Assembly: GCA_031411295.1 (NCBI GenBank)
Contig: JANOAV010000028.1
Location: 1-64,000 of the forward strand
Direction: 5' to 3'
Length of the DNA: 64,000 nucleotides
Source of the DNA: Verrucomicrobiales bacterium
Lineage (GTDB): Bacteria > Verrucomicrobiota > Verrucomicrobiia > Verrucomicrobiales > V1-33
The first letter of the stretch is position 1, and every line of letters starts with the position of its first letter. The notes under the pieces are model-generated. The model did not search any database, had not been told where the DNA came from, and saw nothing but the letters and a program-made list of their open reading frames with translations. Shown piece after piece: positions 19,999 to 29,501 of the stretch. A program made the position numbers and the translations under genes.

Positions 19999-21690
19999 TT
20001 ATTTGTGTTCCAGATAACTCTTCGCCAGCAGTTCCCCCAGTTGCACAATGCCCTCGGTAGTGATGACCAGCTTCTCTTTTTGCGGTGGAAGATCGAAGGC
20101 TTTGAGGTGAATGAAGGCCGAATCTGCGGTTGCCAGAGCGGCTAGTTGGCCAGTGATATCAATGCGGTTCAGCCCCTTCTCATCCGTGGGCGGTTGTTGG
20201 CTGACGTGCCATTTCAATGCCGGTATCGCCAAGTCCTTGCGGCTTTCCGTGACCGTTGCTTGCAGCCATTTAGCGGCTTCGTTGCGGTAACCTCCGAACG
20301 CCATTTCATTTTCCCCCACGTGATAGAAGATGCCCGCCAGTTCCACCTGATGGCCCTTGGCTTGCAGTTCTTGTATGGATTCCTTGATGAATGCAATGAA
20401 CTGCGGGTAAAGATTCCGCTCCTTGGCGGAGGTGCCCTGCGGAGTCCAATCGTTCATCTGCGATCCGCTATGCGTGAACTTCGCGATGGCAATGTTACCG
20501 GAAACTTTACCCTGCAGCGTCCGACCGAAGCTGAGTTCCGGCCCGAAGGTGCCGTAGAATCCAGCGGGGCCTAACGGTTCCCAGCCAGCCGATGTCTTAT
20601 ACCCGCCACCGATGTTATATTTAAACGCGATGCGCCCATTGTCGTTCGCCAGTGTTTCCTGACCTTTCAATGTCTTCAGTTCCTGGGTAAACGCGCGCTC
20701 GCCCTCCATGTTGCGATGTCCGGCTAGGATGAAGAGTTTGACTGGACTGCCCTTGGCATACGGCCAGACCTTGAGGGATCGAGCTGGAGCGGACATCTTG
20801 CCAATCGTGCGCAGATAGGCGTCCGCATAGTTTATCCCATGCTCCAGTTGGCCCAGGGTGCCGTAGTGATAGTGCAATCCCTCCCCGCCGCCAATTTCCA
20901 CGGCATCATGGGAGGTCGGGATGTATTCCGACAACGGGTCGGATGCTGTGACGAATTTCTGCCCGGTGCGGATGGCATACATGTTGTCCCGATTATCCAT
21001 CCCCCAGATCGTCTTGGTGCAAAGTTCCCCAATGTAAAATTTCAGGTTAGGTGACTTCAAGTCCCGCCGCCAGCAGGCGAGGAAATTTTGCAAATTCTTG
21101 CCGTAGTTCGGCTTGAATTTCTTGTCGAACATATCGTTCTCCCCTTGATGCCACATGAAACCTTCGATGCGGTAGGCCACATGCTTTTTATCCAACTCCG
21201 CCAGCGATGAATGAATCAACTGCAGCGCCAACGGGTAAAGCTTGAAGCCGCTGGGTTCATCCGGATTCCAATCGCCCCCCAACGTCGTCCCCCCGGAGGC
21301 GCATTTGATGATGGCGATGGGGGCCTTGGTTTCCTGAGCCACGCGTCTGGCAAAACTAAGCTCCGGCCCCACCACGTTGTCCACCGACTGCAAGGCGACC
21401 CAACCCTTGGACGTCATCATCTCCTCGCGCCCGATGCTGTAGGAGAACATCACCTTGTCCTGCGGCTGATCCAAGCCCGCAAAGGGCGGAAAGCGCCCAA
21501 TGTCCTTCGCCTTCGAATCAGACCCCACCATGTTGGACTGCCCAGCAAAGATAAAAACCCGCAACGTCTTCGTGTCGCTATCGCGTGCCGCTGCATTGTT
21601 TGTTTGAGCACACAAGGTTGCCAGCGGAGCCAGCAACAGACTGGCCAGGAAGGTGATCGTATATCTCGAAGTTGATGCTTTGAATTTCAT
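19999..21690 (-). CDS. Secreted sialate O-acetylesterase (SASA/SGNH) family protein with two SGNH domains
   Basis: FIFAGQSNM..GPELSF..WHQGEND and a second LFILAGHRNM..FGPELSF..YHVGENE domain that lacks the canonical Ser. Confidence 0.85.
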   Translation of the reverse strand: MKFKASTSRYTITFLASLLLAPLATLCAQTNNAAARDSDTKTLRVFIFAGQSNMVGSDSKAKDIGRFPPFAGLDQPQDKVMFSYSIGREEMMTSKGWVALQSVDNVVGPELSFARRVAQETKAPIAIIKCASGGTTLGGDWNPDEPSGFKLYPLALQLIHSSLAELDKKHVAYRIEGFMWHQGENDMFDKKFKPNYGKNLQNFLACWRRDLKSPNLKFYIGELCTKTIWGMDNRDNMYAIRTGQKFVTASDPLSEYIPTSHDAVEIGGGEGLHYHYGTLGQLEHGINYADAYLRTIGKMSAPARSLKVWPYAKGSPVKLFILAGHRNMEGERAFTQELKTLKGQETLANDNGRIAFKYNIGGGYKTSAGWEPLGPAGFYGTFGPELSFGRTLQGKVSGNIAIAKFTHSGSQMNDWTPQGTSAKERNLYPQFIAFIKESIQELQAKGHQVELAGIFYHVGENEMAFGGYRNEAAKWLQATVTESRKDLAIPALKWHVSQQPPTDEKGLNRIDITGQLAALATADSAFIHLKAFDLPPQKEKLVITTEGIVQLGELLAKSYLEHK

Positions 21691-22010
21691 GTTGATCGTA
21701 AATTTTTGATTCAATTAGTTTTGGGATGACCGTCCAGTTAGGCCGCTTGAAACGAAGGGCTTACGTGTGAAATTTAATGAGTGCATGGCTGGAAAATGAG
21801 GTGGTTTGAACTGGAGGGCTCCACGAGATTGCCGTAACCCGCTCCAACTGGCGAGAGACATTTCGCACATTTTTGCCTATCGGCTCTTCGCATCGGTCAG
21901 GAAACCCAGTCACACTGACACGGAGTTGCGGGTTGAAGCGGCCACTCCGTCATGATCCGCAGGAACTCACGCTCATCCGAGCGGGGATCGACAATAACGT
22001 TGACGATCAC

Positions 22011-22215
22011 GCGCCTTTAGGCGCAGCAACCTGCTGGGGCGCAGGCCTGGATTGAAAAAGGTTCGGAGTTCCGCATTCATGCGGCTTGGCAGGCTTGGCT
22101 TTGGACCGCCTGAAGGTGGCACTCCGAGCTTTCTTGAGGGGGAGGCTGATCCGCTCCCAGTTCTGCTGCATTTCATGTTGCCGCGCCTAAAGGCGCCTAA
22201 AGGCTGGACACCAAC
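22011..22215. repeat. Nested inverted REP pairs
   Basis: Outer GCGCCTTTAGGCGCAGCAAC / GTTGCCGCGCCTAAAGGCGC; inner CGGAGTTCCGCATTCATGCGG / CCGCCTGAAGGTGGCACTCCG; same family as the pair at 11454. Confidence 0.65.
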
Positions 22216-22346
22216 CGCTGGCGTGCGCCATGGACTGATGAGGCGGTGCGTAGTGGATGTGGCTGCGAAACTGGATGAACTGATCCAGGCGCTGCGGCGT
22301 TAGGGTAATGGATGGATAGATTTGCGCTCGCTACCCAGCCGATGGA

Positions 22347-23585
<1,239 letters not shown>

Positions 23586-23806
23586 AGTGTTGATTCAGTG
23601 TAGTTACGAGATTTCCAGCCAAGCGCAAGCATAGTTGCGTCCACTGGAGTTAGCAACAACTGGGGGTGGATTGTGATCAGATCGCTCGAATTGGTTCGAT
23701 TGGGTTTCATTGGATCCAGCTTGGCGTGGTGCTGGTCTCGTGACCTCGCCCTCCATGGACTGGCTTTTCCGTTTTTCGTGGTGCCCCCCGGCAGGCGACC
23801 TTTACC

Positions 23807-24189
23807 CTACCCTACAATCTCACGCACGACCTTGCCAGGAACATCCGTCAGACGGAAATCGCGGCCGGCGTAGCGGTAGGTAAGGGCTTCGTCATCGAGA
23901 CCGAGGCGGTGGAGGATGGCATGGCAGTATCCGGATCGTGCCAGCGAATCGCCTGGATCAGCAGGCTTTTTTCAGGATCACCGGGCACAACTGCCGGGCC
24001 GGTGTCGCCAGCCTGGCGTATGCCCTCCCGGGTGTCGAGTAGCAGCCCGCCCTTCGACTTGCCGGCTTCTGCAGAGTGACATTCGTAACATTTTTCAGCG
24101 AGCACTAAGCTGATTTTGGACTCGGAAAAGTCGTGGTCACCTGCCATCGCGGCAGGGGCGATCAAAAGAAGCGTGATTTGGAGTTTCAT
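23807..24189 (-). pseudogene. Deletion scar: N-terminal planctomycete cytochrome c domain joined out of frame to the 3' end of a DUF1501 gene
   Basis: 24189-23921 encodes a signal plus [31 protein letters not shown]; 23920-23807, in another frame, encodes [37 protein letters not shown]. Confidence 0.85.
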
Positions 24190-24213
24190 GGCGGGCTTTT
24201 CGTGGAAAAGGAT

Positions 24214-27036
24214 TCACGGTGTGGCGATGACATCGTAAGTGGCGGTGCCAATCCGGCGGATGCGGTGAAAGCTGCGGTTGGCGCTGGCAGCGGGGACGGT
24301 GCGCTGAGTTTGAAAGGCGACTCCAGTGGCGGGCACGGTCGGAATGGTGGTCCAGTCGGTGAGGTTGCTGCTGCTGTCGATGGTGTAGCTGCCGCCTTCC
24401 GCGCTGTCCCAAACCAGCGTGACATTGCCGCCGCTGACCGTGGTGTTGTTCATTTTCAGCTCAGCATTGGCTCCTCCTGTGTAGGTGGTGACGTTCGGTG
24501 ACTCGATGGAGCTAAATCCGACGGTGCTGGCGGCTGCCCAGTTGCCACCTTGTTTCACACCATAGTATTGGCGGCCGATGATGTAGGGATAGGCGGGTTG
24601 AAATGAGGCATCGAGCGTGACGAAGTAGGCATAGGTGCCGGAGGGGAACTCGGGCGTGACACACCAGCGGCCATTGGAATCGTCGAGATCAAAGTGCGTG
24701 CCCTGTGTGTAACCGCGATCACCGAGGTAGTCGTAGTCCTGCAAATACCAACCGATGGGGAATGCCGTGCTCACACCTGGCCCCGTGGCGGCGTCATTGG
24801 CGGTGCTGATGCCATGTCCCGAGCGAATGGCCCACGGAGGCAGGCTGGTGCGTCCTGCGGTGTTGAGGTTCGTGGTGCCGAAGCCGCCATCGCGTGGCAC
24901 AAATCCACTCACCATGCGGCGGATTCCGCTGTTGGGATTATTGGCCGTGCTGTAGCCGAAGGGGCCGTAGATCGGATAACCATCAAAGCTCCAGCCGAGG
25001 ATGGGGCTGTGACTCGGGGGAGTGGTAGCCTCGGTATAGGTGTGAGTGGCGGGATTGTAATTCATGTGATCCCCCATTTCAAAACGCAGTGCGAAGGGGC
25101 TGATGTGGTGATGGCTTTCCCCGGTGAAGGGCTGGTGCGATCCGGCAGGATCAAAAGTTAGGCCTTCCGCGAGCCGAGCGTTGCGAGTCCAGTATTCGGT
25201 GCCCTTTGCGCCTGTGTCGATGTCTGCCGTGCCGTCCCAGTAGAAGGCATCGAGCTGGTTGTGGATTATGGAGGTGTTCGCCCAGATAGCGATGGGTCCG
25301 AAGTTGGTGTTGGCACGAGTGGCGGCGGGCGTGGGCTGGCGCGGGATGCGGGCGAGCATGTCCCATTGGTTCGGATAGTTCACAAAGAGCTGCGTCTTGG
25401 CAGCGTCGAAATACCACGGACCCATCGTGTAGTGCGGCAAGGCGGAGCCTTTGACATAGACCCAGTTGGCGCTCACGCGGATGCTTTCGATGCCGGCATA
25501 CGCTGGCGCGGCTTGGGTGCCATTGCGCACGGCTCCCTCGGGTGCCCAGGTGGTGTCGGACAGGCCATTCAGGGCGCGGCTTTGAGTGCGGTAGATGCGG
25601 GCATACTCGGCTCCAGCGGTCATCTGCCAAGCTCGCTCCACGGGTGTGCTCAACACATTGGCAGGCGAGACATAGGTGGCGAGTTGCGCGGTGAGCTGGC
25701 CATAGGCTGCCTGCGCGGACCCGCTGAGGGTGGAGGCCAGCAGGTTGTTCTGCTCATTGGGATCACTGGTGAGCAGATGAAGTCGCTCGGTATTGTCGTT
25801 GAAACGGATGAGTTTGTAATCACCGATGCGCACGGTGCGACCGCTGTCTGCAGCCGCGATCGCCACGCCTGACTCTTCGCTGTAGGCAGCGCGGGCGGAT
25901 TCGCTTTGATTCAGCAGCAGCGGCATGAGGCTGCGGCTGTCGATGGGTTTCACTGCGGGTTGCGTGGCGGCCACATTGATACCCGCCATTTCCAGAATGG
26001 TGCTGTAAAGATCGACCGCATGGACAAGAGCGGTGCTTTCACGGTTCGGACTAACGATGCCCGGCCCGCTGATGAACAACGGCACGCGCACCCCGCCTTC
26101 ATAGAGGAAGTCCTTCGAGTGCCCGCTGCTGAACGGCGTCTGGATCACTTGGTTGGGTGTTCCGTTGTCACCGATGAAGATGATCCAGGTATTGGCCCGC
26201 ACGGCTGGAGTCATTCCAGACAACAGGCGACCAATCTCCGTGTCCATCGCCTCCACGGCGGCATTGAAGTGCGTGCGCTGATTCGCAGGTGTATTGTTGA
26301 TCGGCAGGGTGGCCCAGTTTCCCACGGTGGTGTCATAAGTGTGCAGGTCGTTCGGTGGCTTGTGGAAGGGCGTGTGCGGCGCATTGTAGGCGACCCAGGC
26401 AAACCACGGATTGCTACCGCGTGCGCCGATCCACGCCAGCGCGTCATTCGTCGTATCAGTCGTGGCATAAGTAGTGGTGGCATTTTCGGCACCGGTGACG
26501 CCGTCGATCGTTTTCGTCCAAGCGCTGTAGGTTCCCGTGCCACCATTGCCTCCCACGAGGCTGCCATCCAAGCTGCCAGCGTAATGCGGCCAGCCTCCGA
26601 CGTTGGCGGGATCGTTGGCGATGTTTTGCCCCACCGTGAGATGCCATTTACCAAAATGAGCCATCGAGTAGCCGAGGCTGCTGTTGGCCGCAAAGGCCCG
26701 TGGCAGCGTGAACTCTCCCGCCGCAAGCTGTCCGTCATTGGCGGTCACCGCCGTGGTCACGCCATGGCGAAAAGGATGTCGGCCGGTGAGCATGCAGGCA
26801 CGGGTAGGGGAGCAAGTGGGCTGCGCATAGGCATTGCGGAACTGCACTCCGGCGCTCTTCAGCGCATTGATGTTCGGCGTCGGCGGCAGCACTGCGCCCG
26901 GCGAACTATTGTAGAGCGAGTTACTGTCGATGCCGTAGTCGTCAGCGATGATCAAGAGCACATTGCGCTGCTGGGCGTGGCTCAGGGAGCAGAGTCCAAG
27001 GAAAAGTGCGGCGGCGAGTGAAGTAGGAGGTTTCAT
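24214..27036 (-). CDS. Secreted arylsulfatase-family protein fused to a YHYH-type domain and a C-terminal accessory module
   Basis: NVLLIIADD, CSPTR formylglycine motif, GKWHL, GDNG; HSPILGWSFDGYPIYGPFG, LDDSNGRWCVTPEFPSGTYAYF; start ATG 27036. Confidence 0.9.
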   Translation of the reverse strand: MKPPTSLAAALFLGLCSLSHAQQRNVLLIIADDYGIDSNSLYNSSPGAVLPPTPNINALKSAGVQFRNAYAQPTCSPTRACMLTGRHPFRHGVTTAVTANDGQLAAGEFTLPRAFAANSSLGYSMAHFGKWHLTVGQNIANDPANVGGWPHYAGSLDGSLVGGNGGTGTYSAWTKTIDGVTGAENATTTYATTDTTNDALAWIGARGSNPWFAWVAYNAPHTPFHKPPNDLHTYDTTVGNWATLPINNTPANQRTHFNAAVEAMDTEIGRLLSGMTPAVRANTWIIFIGDNGTPNQVIQTPFSSGHSKDFLYEGGVRVPLFISGPGIVSPNRESTALVHAVDLYSTILEMAGINVAATQPAVKPIDSRSLMPLLLNQSESARAAYSEESGVAIAAADSGRTVRIGDYKLIRFNDNTERLHLLTSDPNEQNNLLASTLSGSAQAAYGQLTAQLATYVSPANVLSTPVERAWQMTAGAEYARIYRTQSRALNGLSDTTWAPEGAVRNGTQAAPAYAGIESIRVSANWVYVKGSALPHYTMGPWYFDAAKTQLFVNYPNQWDMLARIPRQPTPAATRANTNFGPIAIWANTSIIHNQLDAFYWDGTADIDTGAKGTEYWTRNARLAEGLTFDPAGSHQPFTGESHHHISPFALRFEMGDHMNYNPATHTYTEATTPPSHSPILGWSFDGYPIYGPFGYSTANNPNSGIRRMVSGFVPRDGGFGTTNLNTAGRTSLPPWAIRSGHGISTANDAATGPGVSTAFPIGWYLQDYDYLGDRGYTQGTHFDLDDSNGRWCVTPEFPSGTYAYFVTLDASFQPAYPYIIGRQYYGVKQGGNWAAASTVGFSSIESPNVTTYTGGANAELKMNNTTVSGGNVTLVWDSAEGGSYTIDSSSNLTDWTTIPTVPATGVAFQTQRTVPAASANRSFHRIRRIGTATYDVIATP

Positions 27037-27137
27037 AATAATCAATTAACCACACCCCGCTTACAGGATCATGGTTCTCTGGATAAATCTAAATTTATTT
27101 TCGGGCATCGCTGAATTGCGCGGCTAAGGTATCCGCC

Positions 27138-27812
27138 ATGCGAATCCTACTGCTGGAAGATCAAGACCGTCTGCGTGCCTCCACCCAAAAAGGGCTGGAG
27201 GAGATGGGCTTTGCCGTGGATGCGGTCGAGGATGGAGATGAGGCTTTGAAACGGTCATTGACCAATCCTTACGATGCGCTGGTTCTCGATATCATGGTGC
27301 CAGGGCGTGATGGCCTGAGCATCCTGCGGGTGCTGCGCGACAAAAAAAACGCCACGCCTGTGATCCTGCTCACCGCACGCTCTACTCTGCCGGAGAAGTT
27401 GGAAGGACTGAATCTCGGAGCAGACGATTACTTAACAAAGCCTTTTTACGTCGAGGAACTCGCTGCCCGCCTGCGCACCGTGGTGCGTCGTAATGCGGGC
27501 GCGCCCACGCATCTGTTGAAGGTGGCGGACTTGCAAATGGACCTTATTTCCCGGCAGGTCTCACGCGGCGGCAGAGCCATCGAGCTTTCCGTGCGGGAGT
27601 TTTCCCTGCTGGAACATTTGATGCGCTCTCCGGGGCGCGTTTTTAGCCGTGTGCAGATCTATGAGCACGTCTGGGGCTATGGCATGGATCTGGAAAGCAA
27701 TCTAGTGGAAGTCTATGTGCAGCGCCTGCGGGCCAAGATCGACAAGGAGCACGACGCGAAACTGCTGCGCACCATTCGCGGTGCAGGCTACACCCTCGGG
27801 GAGGCACGATGA
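27138..27812 (+). CDS. OmpR-family response regulator (CusR/CzcR-like)
   Basis: MRILLLED, LDIMVPGRDG, GADDYLTKPF, SNLVEVYVQRLRAKID. Confidence 0.95.
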   Translation: MRILLLEDQDRLRASTQKGLEEMGFAVDAVEDGDEALKRSLTNPYDALVLDIMVPGRDGLSILRVLRDKKNATPVILLTARSTLPEKLEGLNLGADDYLTKPFYVEELAARLRTVVRRNAGAPTHLLKVADLQMDLISRQVSRGGRAIELSVREFSLLEHLMRSPGRVFSRVQIYEHVWGYGMDLESNLVEVYVQRLRAKIDKEHDAKLLRTIRGAGYTLGEAR

Positions 27813-29305
27813 GCGCGGCGCGTCCATCGTCTTTCCGCCTCCGGCTCGCATTGCAGACGATGCTCGTCTCAGGCATCGTGGTGGCCGGCTTTGGAGCGGC
27901 TGCATGGTGGTTTGCGATGGAGCAGCAGGCACGGAATCACGACCTGCGCATCGCTCAAGATGCACGCAGACTGTGGACGCAGCTGACGCCACGGCATCGT
28001 CCAGAGGATTTCACCCAGGCCGTCCAGAAAATTTTCGGCACGAGTGGAGAAGCCGTGGCGGTGACTGTTATGTGGCACACCGAGGGAAATCCTTCTGCCA
28101 CCCTCGCTGGACCTTCCATCAACAATTCCAATCGCCCCACGTTCGTTCGCCATCTGCCCCAGGGACCTGCGGTGGTGACGCGTTCGGCAGAGTCGGAAGG
28201 ATCGCAGCGTCAGGCGCGCGCCCTTTCTTCCGAAATGGCAGGCGTGGGCACTCAGCGTCGGCCGTTGATGCCGGAGATCCGGGTGCCAGATTTCTTCTCC
28301 ATCAACGACGCCAACCTTGAATGGCGCTTCGGCGCGTTTAGTAATCCGCACTACACGCTATTCGTCGGCCTTTCGTATGACGATTTGCAGGCAGGCGCGG
28401 GGAGCACCGCTCTGTTGTTTGCGGGAGGCGGAGCGCTGGCTCTGCTGATCGCTGGACTCGGCGCCTGGTGGTCCTCGGGCCGGGCGATACGTCCTCTCGA
28501 CCGCATCGTCTCCCTCTCCAATCGCATGGGTGCGGGCAGCTTGGACGAACGCATCCCGCTGCTCACTGGCGACGATCGCGAGTTCGCACAACTCATCAGT
28601 GCCCTGAATAACATGACCGCACGGCTTGGCAAGAGCTTCGAGCAATCCGCCCGATTCACCGCTGATGCCTCGCATGAGCTGAAAACGCCGCTTGCCGTCA
28701 TTCAGGCCACTTTAAACGACACATTGCGCTCCGATTCACTGAACGAGGAAACAAATGAGCGCATCAGCACGGCACTGCACCAGGTATCGCGCCTGAAGCA
28801 CATTACCCACAGCCTGCTCCTGCTCTCCCAGGCCGATGCCGGTGAGCTGCCGATCCAGCGCGAGCGCTACGATCTCTCCGCCGATCTCGAAGGTCTCATG
28901 GAAGACGCTGAATCGCTCTGTGAAAGCGCAGGGCTTACATTTGAGCAGCACATTCAGCCCAGCGTCTTCGTCGAGGCCGACCGCGCACTGATGCATCAGG
29001 TGTTTCAAAACCTCATTAGCAATGCGGTGAAACACAACCAGCCCAAGGGCAGTGTCCATGCCCGTCTCAGTCAGGATGCCACAGGAATGCGCTTCGAGAT
29101 CACGAACACTAGCGCCGAAATCTCCTCCGACATCAAAAATCGCCTCTTCGACCGCTTCTACCGTGCCGAAAGCTCCCGCCGGGGCGAAGGCTTCGGTCTC
29201 GGCCTCAACATCGCCTTCGAACTGGCTCGGGCCCATGGTGCCAAACTCGAACTGCTGCCGACCGAGGCAGGCAAGACGAGCTTTGCGGTGACCCTGCCTA
29301 ATTAA
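27809..29305 (+). CDS. HAMP-domain sensor histidine kinase (CusS/CzcS-like)
   Basis: Two TMs, HAMP, FTADASHELKTPL, NLISNAVKH, LFDRFYR, GFGLGL; ATGA overlap with the regulator. Confidence 0.95.
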   Translation: MSAARPSSFRLRLALQTMLVSGIVVAGFGAAAWWFAMEQQARNHDLRIAQDARRLWTQLTPRHRPEDFTQAVQKIFGTSGEAVAVTVMWHTEGNPSATLAGPSINNSNRPTFVRHLPQGPAVVTRSAESEGSQRQARALSSEMAGVGTQRRPLMPEIRVPDFFSINDANLEWRFGAFSNPHYTLFVGLSYDDLQAGAGSTALLFAGGGALALLIAGLGAWWSSGRAIRPLDRIVSLSNRMGAGSLDERIPLLTGDDREFAQLISALNNMTARLGKSFEQSARFTADASHELKTPLAVIQATLNDTLRSDSLNEETNERISTALHQVSRLKHITHSLLLLSQADAGELPIQRERYDLSADLEGLMEDAESLCESAGLTFEQHIQPSVFVEADRALMHQVFQNLISNAVKHNQPKGSVHARLSQDATGMRFEITNTSAEISSDIKNRLFDRFYRAESSRRGEGFGLGLNIAFELARAHGAKLELLPTEAGKTSFAVTLPN

Positions 29306-29501
29306 AAGGAGAAGCCAGCCCAGACCGAGCAGATTTAACCTGCGTTACCTGAAGCGCGGATATCGGCAGCCGCTTGAAGCACGCCGCTCCCCAGTTACTG
29401 CGAACGCACATAGAGTAAATAGGCTCCAGCGAGATCGTTTCCGGCTGCGTCGATCAGGCGAGCGTCGATGGGTTATTCGCCAGCGGTTAGAGGGCTTCAA
29501 A

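Noticed and set aside
21873..22303. Small ORFs between the two esterase genes
   Set aside because: They are translations of REP palindromes (e.g. PPEGGTP, RLKA).
23848..24189. Intact 113-aa cytochrome c
   Set aside because: The domain is cut after AMP and the tail is an out-of-frame read of DUF1501 sequence.
25906..27021. Long antisense ORFs (e.g. 371 aa here, 310 aa at 15403, 294 aa at 36911)
   Set aside because: They lie opposite well-supported genes, have no recognisable motifs and are expected shadows in GC-rich DNA.
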